DNA from: Balanoglossus misakiensis
Taxonomy: Eukaryota; Animalia; Hemichordata
Direction: 5' to 3'
Assembly: GCA_040954595.2 (NCBI GenBank)
Contig: CM082583.2
Coordinates: 3,605,060 to 3,669,059 of the forward strand
DNA: 64,000 bases
Part shown: in pieces, positions 24,856 to 37,719 of the stretch
Layout: each line of letters starts with the position of its first letter
How positions within the stretch are numbered: the first letter of the stretch is position 1
Notes under the pieces: model-generated
The model's database searches: none
What the model was told of the DNA's origin: nothing
Seen by the model: only the letters and a program-made list of their open reading frames with translations
Translations under genes and position numbers: made by a program

Positions 24856-26265
24856 TGGAGCAAGTTGACGCAATACAAATTCGTCGCGGTCATGTATTTT
24901 CTAATGGACGTGATACCGATCGTGACGCGGCTCAATCTGATCTTTCAGAAGGATAGCATAGATATTGCAGCAATACAGCCAACAGTAGCCACTACAATTG
25001 ATCAACTGACGCAGATAAAAGACGGCACAGTGACAGGTTTCTACACCAGCAAACTGGCTGAAGACTTGGACACAGACAATAACTGTACATTAATGAGGCA
25101 TAACATTGTCAACAAGGGAAAGCAAGAGAAACTTGTGAATGATGTAAAGGCTGCCTTTGTTGGTAATTTGATCGATAATATCAAGACCAGATTTCCAACA
25201 GCTGCAGAGGGTACTGGAGTAATATCAGCATTTGATGTCCTTGGCATGAGAGATATATCATTTGTTGCTAATATAGATCAGTTATCTAATCACGGAAATG
25301 ATAAATTAGAGGTTTTGATTGCGCACTTCGGCACTGAAAGAATAAACAAGGAAGGGCAAGTCTGTTCTCCAATCATCAAACAGAACGAAACTAGGTATAA
25401 ATGGTCAATAATCAAATCTCTGGTATTACAGCAGGCCTACCCCAGGGATGATTTTGTCACTTTGTGGAAATTTGTGCATTCAAACCACAAGGACACAGTA
25501 CCAGATTTAATTGTACTGGCAAAGACTGCTGTTGTCCTGCCTGTAAATATGGCTATATGTGAACAGGGATTTTCCGCCCAAAATAAAGTGAAAACATCTT
25601 TGAGAAACAGGCTAGAAGAAAGTGCCATTAACAGGCTTCTGACCATTCTTATAGAGGGCCCACCACTGTTAGAATTCAATGGGGAGAAAGCCTTAAAGTT
25701 GTGGAAAAATGCGAAGTCAAGGAGAATATTCTCTGTGTCAGGTAGTAGCAGTCAAGCTTGAAAAGCACTGTCAGTGTCAACTTTATTGAAGTCAGTGTCA
25801 GAGGAAGTGAAGAATAAAGTTTATCAGTGACATGTAACAAGATAGATACATGAATGTGCAAGCTGGTGTCTTCCTCTGCAGGTAGAAAAACAAAACAAAA
25901 CAAAACTTCTTGTAAAAATGGTTAATATACTGTTATGTTGTAATATATGTTTAGTTATACTGTTTTAACATAGAATAAAGGCTGTTAGTATCACTCAAAA
26001 TAGTCCTTTCTTGAATTTGCATAAATTATGCTACATTATGCAAATTACCACCCCCCTATTTTGAACCAAATCCCCCCTTTTTTTGAACTAGCGGGGGACA
26101 TGCCCCCTTTTTTCAAAATCCTGGAGAAAACACTGGATTGGACTTGCTATTTGCATAATTATTCATATATTCAAACCCAGAATTCACTGCAATTTGCCCC
26201 TCTCTGATTATTTTTACTTTTTCAAACCGTAGTCTAAGTTATTGTTCTACAACTCATAAGTGAAA

Positions 26266-26855
26266 TGTAATTTCCGTGTTGCATGATTAGTTTAATTCGT
26301 TTTGCTGGTATTCTCACCAACGAATGAGAAGAAAACTATCCTACTTGCCTACATGGTGCCGAAACCTGGGAACAGAAGATGTGGACTGAAGACTTGGAAG
26401 ATGAGAGAAGAAGAAAGCAGCGAGGAAGCACTGAAGACTGGACAAGCAGACCAGACACAGGACTGAAGCCAGGAGCCTGAGTAGCCTACCAAGAACTGAC
26501 TGAACTGAAGAAGGCGAAGATTTTTAGTTCAACTGGCGGCCTCAGCACTCGATTTTAGGAAACTGGTGAGTTACCGAACACTCACCCTGACTTGAGGGCC
26601 CGGTTCGTACTACAGAACTTTGGTCATCAGACTTGTGTTGTCTTCCACTGAAAACTGACGCCCATTCTTAAAAATGTCGCTGTCTTATTTGAAGCGTGTC
26701 AGAACAAGTTATACAAACTTGCTAGAGAAGGAAATGGCCAAAGCTGATTCACTCTTGAGACAGAAGGTTGAACCCGAGGAATTAGACAATTACATCTGGA
26801 AGAAAAAATAATTGAAATCTAAACTCGTGGACTACTCCAAAAATTTGGAATGAGT
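26266..26855 (+). mobile_element. Possible BEL/Pao LTR with gag start
   Basis: TGTAAT...ACTACA followed by TGGTCAT and a short ORF MSLSYLKRVRTSYTNLLEKE. Weak support. Confidence 0.3.
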
Positions 26856-27536
26856 CAACGAAAAGATATTGTTGGCATGTGAACAAGAAACGAAGTACTA
26901 GCAAAATTGGACCTTGATTGGCTGAAATCACCTTTCCGGGTCATGCATGGCACTTTCAACCATATTTTCTTGGTGAAAGTGGACAATACCTCTTTCATCT
27001 GATGGAACTTCTGGCAGTACTGGTCCTTTGCTTCTTCGGAGTCATGCTGCAGCTTCTCCCAACTGAAAGAAACCCAAGACAGTACAACATCAGAGATAGT
27101 TGATAGTTCGCAGAAGACTCGTGAGCTCAAACTCATATTAAAGACTTGACGTTGCAGCCTCCATTGTATTTTCAACCCAGGTGGTAAATGCATCGGCCTT
27201 ATTCATTAATGTTGGTTTCATCTCATGTAAATCATGGAGGCACTGTTCTCTTGCTTTAGCTTATCATAGCTAAACCCAAGACAGTACAACATTTGAGATA
27301 GTTGATAGTAAGCACACTCAATGAGCTCAAACTCACTCATATTTAAGGACTTTACATGTTTTTTTCAGTGATTTCTAGCATTATTATTAGACACGAATAT
27401 GCACCCTCTTCATGATATTAAAAAAAACTGCCACATTTTTAGTATATACACACAAAAATGAAAGCAAAGACAGCATGAAAAGTGCCAGGATGTTGAGGTC
27501 ACACGGGGGTAGAGGCCGTCCAAGTGTACGCCACAC

Positions 27537-29192
27537 CTACCTTGTCTCCTGCTGCAAGTATTCGAACGATTGTGCCAGTTTGGGCAAAGTCTTTCAATAT
27601 GGCCTTATGATGGTTGAGCCATTCTCTGTCGTGGCGGATGTGTGCCTCCCGTTGTTTTATTAGCATCTCCTGCTTGAGCCAGTGGCCTTTCTTCAATGTT
27701 GTGACTTAGTATCTCGAGATCTCGACTTAGTATCGAGTGCTCCTTCCTTTCTTTGTACCTGGGCAGAACCTGAGGAAAAAATAAAAGAAGTTTAAAATAT
27801 TGCTTGTAAAAGAAATGCATCCAGTAGTCTGGTCCCCTGTCCCATTCCCACTGCTGGTGTGCGCCACACCTACCTTGTCTCCTGTTGTAATGTTTCCAAC
27901 GATTTTGCTAGTTGGGTAATATCTTTTAAGACGGCCTTATGACGGTTGAGCCATTCTCTGTCTTGGCGGATGTGTGCCTCCCGTTGTTTGAGCAGCATCT
28001 CCTGCTTAAGCCACCTTTCTTCTATGTTCTGTAGGAGTTGCGTGTACCGGTATATCTCCTTATTTTCTTTGTAATTGGGCAGAACCTGAGGGAAAAAATA
28101 AAAGAAGTTTAAAATATTGCTTGTAAAAGAAATGCATCCAGTAGTCTGGTCCCCTGTCCCATTCCCACTGCTGGTGTGCGCCACACCTACCTTGTCTCCT
28201 GTTGTAATGTTTCCAACGATTTTGCTAGTTGCGTAATATCTTTTAAGACGGCCTTATGACGGTTGAGCCATTCTCTGTCTTGGCGGATGTGTGCCTCCCG
28301 TTGTTTGAGCAGCATCTCCTGCTGTTGAAACCTTTCTTCAAAGTTAGGCACCAAGTGTTGCGTGACCCGGTATTCTTTGTACCTGGGCAGAACCTGAGGA
28401 AAAAAATAAAAGAAGTTTAAAATATTGCCTGTAGAAGAAATGCAACCATTACTCTGCTCCCCTGCCCCATTCCCACTGCTCAGTGGGCTGTGGCTGTGCT
28501 ACCTAAAAGGAAACAGTCAGGTACTGGCTGCCATCTTGCAAAAAATTCTGTCCAGCCATGCTCTTTCTTTTCGTAATTCTTCCTCCCGCTGTTTGATGAT
28601 CTTCCGCTGGCTATGCCACTTCTCTTCAATTTCGTGGAGATGTTGAGTGTAGGTGTTGATCTCTTTATTTGCTTTGTTATTGTGATTCTTGGGTAGTACC
28701 TGCAATTCACTGCAGAGAAATCAGTGTTGGGTATATGTCTTTCGAACGTTTCTCTACACCAGTTTTCTGTCCAAAGTTGACTGACGCACCATCAAAATTA
28801 GCCATTATCGAACTTGGCTTGACTTCATCATTATCTGGTTCAAGTTTATCAAGAGTTAAGTCAACCTGTGATAGTCCCGTTTCTATGGCATTCAAAATGC
28901 CCTGAGCGTTTGCAGTTTCTAGGGAAACAATGTCAATTTCTCTGCAGACAGGCATACCATCATCAGGACTGACATACCTCACGAATATCACTTCCTGCTC
29001 AATTATGGCTTCATCTGTTGAACCATCACCCAATACGCTGATGAAATTCACGTCCATTTTCGCCTTGAGGCATTGAAAAAGTGATGCCAAAAACATATTC
29101 ACAAAGGTGCCAATGTAGTATCATGTATAGTTCTTCCATTGTGAATTTTGTGTTGATGTTGATTTCCTCATGGTGACTCTTCTGCAGAACCT
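27537..29192 (-). repeat. Tandem array of exon-like cassettes encoding coiled-coil peptides
   Basis: Five units start at AG acceptors (exon starts ~29190, ~28700, 28393, 28085 and 27769), mostly tttttcctcag|GTTCTG. Example product: VLPNYKENK...KQREAHIRQDREWLNRHK...QQETR*. A conserved ~100-bp spacer separates the units. Confidence 0.75.
28707..29102 (-). pseudogene. hAT transposase fragment
   Basis: ISVLGDGSTDEAIIEQEVIFVRYV and FDGASVNFG motifs. Confidence 0.85.
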
Positions 29193-29378
29193 GAGGAAAA
29201 AACAAAAGACAAGTGTAAAATATTGCCTGTAGAAGAAAAGCATCTAGTATAACTGATAAGTGATAATGCACCTCTTTTACCAAATACAGTTCTTATACAT
29301 GTTTAAAGTTATTTGTAATTGTAATTGACGTCGCAAGAATGGACTGTGTTGACCGCCAGCACTAACATTTTGGAAGAC

Positions 29379-30250
29379 TCATTCAGGTGCAGTAAAACTG
29401 CATATGCCCCCCTGTTGTTTGTCATCTAACATACACATGATCAGGGCGTCCAGATTACTGATAATGGCACTTACTGATCCATCGAATGACAGCCATCTTG
29501 TGAAAAATACCTGCTTATAAACTTCTTTTCTGCCAAATGAAAGAATTATGCTCCGCATTTCTTTCAACTAATGTGAGTGATTTGTTGAGTAATGATAATT
29601 TTTATAAATAATTGAAAATCTCCTGATAAGTTTTCAGATACATCACTTTATCAGCACCTTGGCTAACTGGCTAATGCCAGTCTGTGTGCCACACAGTGTA
29701 GAGCAATGACATATTTATTGGTATCTTTTACTCGTTTGTGACCCCTTACTTTCCCCCAGTCATTACAGAGGCACTACCAGTGCCTAATCCCAGCATCTTG
29801 TTTATTTCAATATTTTTTGACTGAAGAATGTCAATGATTAAATTATACACAATCTCTGCTGTCCCACCAGGCAACTAATTTAATAAAGTGTTTCCAAAAC
29901 ACCAGTATGTACAAACCTTATAGGGTGAAAAGACATTTCCTCCATTGAAACATCGGTTGCTTCATCACAAATTAAACCAAAACATAATGACTGTTTCACT
30001 TAGTTAATACACTCTACTCAAGAACATTAACTATAGCTGGTAGCATGCCATGGAAAGAATATTCGCTATGTTGATGAGTATTATCATTGACGTTTAATCT
30101 TTTGAACATCCCTGCAATTTACAAAGTTCAATCAAACTGCTAAACTTCATATTGCTGACGTTTTGCTTTGCCTGCCAATAGACAATCAGGATGGCTGGAA
30201 TTATGGCCTTCACTGCCCTCGACGCCTGCTTCATAAATGGTGCTTGTATA
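29379..30250 (-). pseudogene. Degenerate hAT transposase fragment
   Basis: CDEATDVS, ASVMTG, HCVAHRLALA and TRWLSFDGSV motifs are readable across frameshifts. Confidence 0.8.
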
Positions 30251-30759
30251 GCTAACACCTAAAAAAACCCTCCAGATTCTAAAGTAGCATTTCTATTGTA
30301 ATTCTTAACAGTTTTCATTGCAATTTATCCGCATAAGACAGGTCCTGGCTTAAAAACGGTGAATTAATGGTGTATGGTCATGGGTTGTGTATCACAATGG
30401 TGAAAAGTGAGAAAGAAATTAAAAATTGGTGCAACCATTTTTCTGACTTTCCATTTTTCTTTCATTTTCACTGAAAGAGCTCAGTCCCTTTTATTCAAAC
30501 TGGTAAAGATGTACTGAGAAAAGTTTCAAGGTGACGCGGTATTGATTTCTCTAAACTTTATTCAGTAAACATGAATATTAACTTCACAAAAATTTTGATG
30601 GAAAAAGGGAGCCAGAATTTCCAATACTAATAACATCTCAAACAACTACAATAAAGCACATTGTGTTCACCAAGTGCAATGTGTGTCCACATTTTACTTT
30701 TCCCAATACAACTGTAAAACTACAACTGCTAATAATGTTTGGTCCCTAGATGGATTAGT

Positions 30760-31320
30760 CCCTTTGTGAATAAAGATCTTCGTCCTGGTGTCAGATTTTC
30801 ATTGATGTATGTCTTATTTTCTACTTGGTAGCCATTGTCCGATGTTTTGAAGCAAGACATGTTTTTGCGTTGCTTGTAGACCGCGTCACGAATTTTTCTT
30901 CTGGTGAAACGCACGATGATTAGGGCAGGAAAAGGAGTATCGGTACCGTGGTCAATATGTTCATTGCCGAGTGCTTGACGTTTCTTGATTCGATGTGACA
31001 CGTCGATATCTGAACTGGTTATGTCTTTTTAGTTGGATGACTTTCAAGACTACTGTCAACCATTTCAATTGTTTCATAGCTATTTTCAATATCGTAAACA
31101 AGCTGTTGTTATTGATGGTAAAACTTCCGAGCTACGACAAATTAAATGTGGAGTGCCACAAGGCTCAATTCTTGGCCCATTCTATTTCTCATTTAATGAC
31201 ATCGCTAATTCAACTAACTACTTTTAACTTTCGATTATTCCCTGATGACACTAATGTATTTCAATCGTTCAACCCCAACACCATCAACCTCGATAATGTA
31301 AATAGTGAATTTAATAAAAT
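30760..31320. mobile_element. LINE fragments: ORF1-like (minus, 30760-31010) and RT (plus, 31020-31320)
   Basis: SHR...IIVRFTRRKIRD...INENLT (LINE ORF1 type) and CGVPQGSILGP...F(P)DDT. Confidence 0.7.
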
Positions 31321-31559
31321 TGATTTTTTGACATGTGTGAGTAGCACTTTAGTAGTACATCACAATCTGACAGTTTCAAATGATGTCTTTGACAGCAAAT
31401 GTGCTGAACATGTAAACAGTGGCTTATCAGTTTTTGCTTGCTTTGCACGCTTAACATCTGACAGATCACCATTCTGTCTCCAGCAGATCTGAGAAGTCAG
31501 AGTAGTAGAACCGTCTGACAACAAACTGCAGTAGCGTGCTTGTGAGAGTACACTTTCAA

Positions 31560-34500
31560 TTTTAGCTGATATAGCTACCAGAAACTGTTAATGTTGGTCA
31601 CTTTTATCATTATGATAATTGATAATGACCGATATCCACGCCTTTTTGTTTATCAAGTGTACAGTGCCATAAAGTCACTGATCGGTCTGGATTTCTTTTA
31701 CCAAAAGCATGAGTATTTCTGAATAGTGTTGACTGCTTATCAAATGTTGCAGTGTTCATGGACTACATATACACAAGCATTTTGATTTTTAGTTCTTCAG
31801 TTCTTCTATTTAATCATCCAACTGTGATGACAAGGTAGTAATTTCCTCCTCCGTTTTGTTTTGCAGTTCTCCTGAGACTGTTTGATTTTGTGATGAGCGT
31901 AAGCTGTCCAGTTGACTGCTTTTTCAGCATATTTATCAGCTGACTTCAACAGTTCTGTGACATCATTTCCAAGTCTCTTCTTTTAAGATTTGAGTTCATC
32001 AATTTCTGGTGGTGTATGTCTTTTCTTTTCCCACTAGTTTCCCATTTTGTTTTCTGCTCAGCAAGATGGGCCATATACCTCTGCCTCTTCAACAGTTCTG
32101 TGACATCATTTCCAAGTCTCTTCTTTTAAGATTTGAGTTCATCAATTTCTGGTGGTATGTCTTTTCTTTTCCCACTAGTTTCCCATTTTGTTTTCTGCTC
32201 AGCAAGATGGGCCATATACCTCTGCCTCTTCAACAGTTCTGTGACATCATTTCCAAGTCTCTTCTTTTAAGATTTGAGTTCATCAATTTCTGGTGGTATG
32301 TCTTTTCTTTTCCCACTAGTTTCCCATTTTGTTTTCTGCTCAGCAAGATGGGCCATATACCTCTGCCTCTTCAACAGTTCTGTGACATCATTTCCAAGTC
32401 TCTTCTTTTAAGATTTGAGTTCATCAATTTCTGGTGGTATGTCTTTTCTTTTCCCACTAGTTTCCCATTTTGTTTTCTGCTCAGCAAGATGGGCCATATA
32501 CCTCTGCCTCTTCAACAGTTCTGTGACATCATTTCCAAGTCTCTTCTTTTAAGATTTGAGTTCATCAATTTCTGGTGGTATGTCTTTTCTTTTCCCACTA
32601 GTTTCCCATTTTGTTTTCTGCTCAGCAAGATGGGCCATATACCTCTGCCTGGCAGAACCAGCAGATGCGATGAGTTGCGGTGTAATGTGTACATTTTGAA
32701 TTCCACCAACGCTGTTCACATGATCACATATCAGACGTTGTGCCACCACAGATTCCTCATGTAGGTTCTCCATTTTAATCTGTTTGTTGACTGAAAATCC
32801 CCTTTCCACTGAACCCTGTCCATGGGAAATCAGTAACATGTCCTTCACTACCTGCCATACTGAGCCAAAAAACGTTGGTTGGTCGCTAAAGACTGAAAGA
32901 GGAGCTCATCAACTCTACTGCCATCATCATTTGGGTCGAAATCCCTGAACTTAGAGTGGTTGGACAGTACAGTTGTGTCGATAAACTCTTCAAACTGCCG
33001 CAACACCTCATCACAGGCAGAAGACGTCCCTCCTGTTATTCGAACACTCAAATACCTGCCATTCAAAACTAAGGAATGTCGACCAAATGTTCGACATCTT
33101 GACGAACACGGGTTGTTACACCACTTGGCGCCCCAATCATGGCAGAAGCACCGTCAGATGCCATGGCAACTAGGTTTTGTTTCCATTCGTTTGTTTCCAT
33201 AGCCACTTCAACACAAAAAGCCCTGTCAATGGCATTGATTATCGATTCCGCATTAACTCGCTGCATTGGCTGTAAACTCAGAAACTTTGTGATGGGGCGA
33301 CAATCAAACGTATACTATTTCTTCCTCGACAGTTAATCTGTCCGTTGAAGAATCATTGAGCACGGAGTACAGCTCACTTTCAGTTATTTCCGTGACGACA
33401 TCCTCACGCAAAACTTCAGCCATGTACCGTACGAAATTCGCCGCTTGCTTGTTGTTACGGTACATGTTACCAACTTTAATTTGGTTTATATCTTGAAGAT
33501 CCAGTAAACCAGTGAAATCGCTGAAGGGTTTCTCATATTTTGCAATAAATAGGCAGTATGGAACAGCACTTTCATTCGTTCGTACTGAAGTTTGTCCATG
33601 TTCATTACAGATGACACAATAGGACGCGGTGAGGAAATTCTTTTGATAATCTGCCTCTCTACCGATCTTCTGTGGGGTTGGCTGGCCTTATGTTTTCGCA
33701 GAGAATCAATGCGAAATTTACCACAACTGTCTCTGGTAAAGGCTGACATCCCGGCTGGACATATTTCACAAAACATGGCTCGTGTTCTTTCATCATATCA
33801 GAGCCATTCTCTTCCGGCAAGCCACGATGTTTGAAATGTTCGCTCACGGACGACTTTAGCTTTCTTTGAAACTGAAGGCTGATCTTCTTGCGATGTTGAT
33901 GGCAATGCCTGTGAATTTACCTCATCCGATGCTGATGAAATAGTCTTTTGGCTCTTTCTGAAATAATTCAGGAGACTCATTATGCTGTTTCTCTGCAATT
34001 GTGAACTATGCAAGCAAATGAGCTGAATAAATTTTGGCGACAGGACGGTTTCGCAAAATTGATACATTTTTAGTTAAAATGTTATGAAAGCGCGCATGTA
34101 CCATGCGTGCACGATCTATTCAAACACTACAAACAAGAGGCCACAAACAAGCACATTTACGGCAGCAGGTTTGTGACATCGGTTTTCAAAATCAGACACC
34201 CCCCCCCCTTCACCCAAGACTAAAAAATGATGACCCCCCCCCCCCCTTTGACAGGCAAAAAATGTGATGACCCCACCCCCCACCCTCCCCCCAAAAACAA
34301 ACATTACACAACTACTTGTGGAGTAAAAAAGCTTGCTTCCAAGAGCCTGCTCGTCGTCCTGATCTTGTGTACACTGTATGTAAAGTTTCAGTAATTTCAT
34401 CGTCCTCACTGCTGCCTATTTCCTGTACAACAGTGTCATCATCATCATCATCATCAGGAAACAGTTCTTCTTCTGATGACAGATTATGGCGAGTCAGGTA

Positions 34501-35490
34501 CTTAGCCAGCTCTCTTACAGTCAGTTTTTTTCAGTGTTCCATTCAAAACATGACTCATCCAGTCATATTCATGATACTGCTTTTCTTTCTTTTCCTGTTG
34601 TTTTTTCTTCCTCTCACCTTCTCTGATCTGCCTGGTCTGTTTTAAGGTTGTCAGATGCTGGAGACATGATTTTACATCCTCTTCTTCTACTGCATATTTT
34701 ACGGCTGTCTCCCTTATGCCATCAGTGTTGTCAAGCAATAGTTGGCCACTTCTAAAGAGCTTGGTGATGTTGACTCGAGGCTGCCAATCTTCTGCTTGTC
34801 TGGGCTGACCAGCTTCGCTCACATTGGGGGTGTCAAAGACATTCCTAAAATGATATGGCCTATTTTGATCAGGAATGGGTTGAGGGATTCTCTCCATCTG
34901 TGGTCCAGTAAATGGGTGATCACTACAAAATTTGCACAAGTCATGTTCCCCTTTTCAAGGCACCCTTGCTTCAAATACTCCACGAAAAGTTCCCCTACAT
35001 GAAAGTGGTTTTCTATGAATGAAAACACCTTTTCTATGTAAGCTGACCCTGGAACTGCACTCCTGGATTGAAAACCTGTTCGCTTGGCATAGTCATGTAT
35101 GTAGCCAGAGATACTGAAGAAAAATAGGTCTTCCTCCTTCTCTGAAACATGTGCCTTCATATTATGCAATCTGCAAGTCAATTTTCTTCCATCTGCGTCA
35201 TATTAGCCATATTCGCCGTTACTTCACTAAGGAAGTTTGTCAAATGCTGGTTCACGCCCTAATAACATCAAAACTCAACTACTGTAATGCACTACTCTGT
35301 GGTTTACCATCATCATCCATTCAACCATGGCCTGAATTCTGCAGCCAGGATCGTTTCTTGTACCCAGAAAACGGATCATATAACTCCTATTCTCATGGAT
35401 TTACATTAGTTGCATATACATTGTAGAATCCAATACAGTAGAACGTTGAATGCGGATAATCCGCATGGTTCTGTTATCTGCACTCATTTC
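31560..35490 (-). repeat. Composite TE-mosaic block, copy 1
   Basis: Contains a hAT-like C-terminus (SHGQGSVERGFSVNK), a hAT N-terminus (MFCEIC, MASDGASAM), a Zator-like C-terminus, an L2 RT piece and a pogo-type end. The order is the same as in copy 2. Confidence 0.85.
31948..32650. repeat. Near-perfect 141-bp tandem repeat, ~5 copies
   Basis: Unit starts at ~31948, 32090, 32231, 32372 and 32513. The paralogous block has a single copy (~37884-38020). Confidence 0.95.
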
Positions 35491-36725
35491 TGCCCAATTT
35501 GACCCCTTCGCGTCGTGTTTCGCAAAATCCAGACGTCACAACAAAGTGCTGGCGGTCAACTCAGTCCAAACATGTCGTAAGTCTTATTCAAAATCCCGTG
35601 CCCGCGAAAACCCAAGAACATGTAGGGCGGCAGTACAAAGAATATTTGTAACGTGGAAGTAAGAATTTGCTGCAATCCAGATTTTTTTCAAAATCGGCCA
35701 AGTAGAAGCGGCGATTCCGATGAACAATTTATTTTTTCTTCCTGGCCTTATCTGTATTTACCCTGTATATCTGAGAATGCATATAACAGGCACAAATACA
35801 AGTACTGTGCATGTGTATTTAAGTTGACTGTTTACTCTTTAGTTCTCTCCTGAATATTTGTCTTTATTTGCCAATGTTATAGATGTATCATGTTGTACAT
35901 ACTGGTACAAGTACATATATGTACATAAAAAAATGTGCACATGTGGTCACCTGCATTAAAAAAACAACAAAATTTTGCGTAATACTGTAACACTTTAAAC
36001 ATTGTATGAATGCACATATGATTAAGCTACTTACATGTACATTAGGCATTTCTGGAGGATCTTCTGGATGATCCCTGATCTAGTTCAAATGATACAAAAC
36101 AGAGAATTAGCAAATCCTTAAAATTAAATGATGAAAACTATTTGGTCAAGGAAACATTTACTGCATATACAACGATGGATCAAGGTAAATGTCCATTACA
36201 AAACCCAAGATAAGCACAGTTTTAAGGGACCACAAATAGTTGATCCAAGTTACAAATGGACTACAAATTATTTCTTGAAAAATATCAAAGTTTATCAAAG
36301 TCAGATGTCAATGAAGTCCAAGTGGGGGATTTTAGCTGATATAGCCACCAGAAACTGTTGGTCATTTTGTCATTATGATAATTGATAATGAATAATATCC
36401 ACGATTTTTTGCTTATCAAGTGTACACTGCCATTGAAAGTCACTGATAAGTCTGGATTTCTTTGCCAAAGCATGAGCATTTCTGAATAGTTTTGACAGCT
36501 TATCAAATGTTGCATGGTCTTTTCCACTACCGAGTTGCTCGGGCAGCATTTTTGCATTGAGGTACTGCTTGGCTTGTTTATGTCCCCCTGAAATTTCATG
36601 TGTTTTCAGAGCTTTGTGTCTGAGAGCCTGAGATAATAATAAACAAAGATTGTAAACCCCAGCCATAGACCTAGGAAGTCATTTCATACAGATGTAATAC
36701 ATGTAACTATGATAACTTTCTATGG

Positions 36726-36906
36726 TAAAGTAAGACCTGTCTAAACCGAACCCTGTCTAATCTGGAAACCTGTCTATAGCGAACACATTTCCTGTCCCTC
36801 TGACATAGAACCACATGTTAAAATAACCTCTATAAACAGGACACCTCTGCAAACCGAACAGTTTCTTCAGTCTCTGTGGTGTACTGTTTAGACATGTTTA
36901 ACTATA
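36726..36906. mobile_element. Degenerate pogo/Tigger-type MITE
   Basis: agtaagacctgtctaaac ... gtttagacatgtttaact imperfect inverted ends, with internal repeats of the TIR motif. Confidence 0.5.
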
Positions 36907-37719
36907 GTTTATTGTTTGTGTAAATTTTAGTTGTCAGATATCACAACCGATCATTTACAATTCTTTACAATAGCAATAACTTCTTCTAGAGACATGGCAA
37001 TTAACTGGTGAGGAACAAAGAAGAAAAGGAAACATTGGCAATATATCAATGCCAAGCTTTTCCTTTATTGATTCAGTTTAGGTCTGAACAAAAAACACCA
37101 AAACCACATGTTACTTACAGGTTATTTCTGGGGTCATCATCCATCAAGCTATTTCTTATAGCAACTCGCAGATCTGCGTCATCATTTTCATCTTCATCAC
37201 TCAAAGGAATTATTCCAAGGTCGGCATACGATCTACATCAAAGAAATCAAATTATTATGCCCTTAAAATGGTACAGAGAAAAGGACTGCTCATTTCAACA
37301 TTGTTTTTGTGTGTGTGTGTGAACATAAATGTATTTCACCCTCTGATGGCACCCCTGACCCACCATGAGCCAGAAAATGCCCTGTTGATAAAATACTGGA
37401 CAAAACACTGCAATGAAAACTCTCCTATATGCGCCAACTCCACAAGAAGCATGATTCACAGATGCAGCACTACTTGCTTCAGGAATAGACATCAATTATA
37501 GTGGGAGAATATGTAAGCTGAGCATCACTGATATATTGCCATTAGTAGATGTTGATTTAGATTGATCATCACTGCCAGTGAGCAGGATTCATACACCAAG
37601 AGCAATTCAAAATTCCAGGAGATTTTGTGGTATCAACAATGCCATTTTCCAGGAGTGTTTGCGCGGCAAAATGTTGTAAGTTACAGTCAACAGTACTCTA
37701 CATATGTACATATATATAT

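Larger units (their letters stand above)
21560..26135 (+). mobile_element. Decayed hAT transposon (ZNF862/ZBED-like transposase) with a 3' TIR
   Basis: DESTD, GFGSDGASVMTG, HCVAHRLAL and hATC-type AICEQGFSAQN motifs. The 3' end AAAATCCTGGAGAAAACACTG is at 26135. Interrupted by a MITE and a LINE. Confidence 0.88.

Noticed and set aside
32009-32764. 251-aa hydrophobic repeat protein
   Set aside because: It is the antisense frame of a tandemly amplified transposase fragment, with no independent coding evidence.
37120-37700. Possible UIM/HECT-ligase-like exon remnants (DADLRVAIRNSLMD)
   Set aside because: Too short and fragmentary to support a call.
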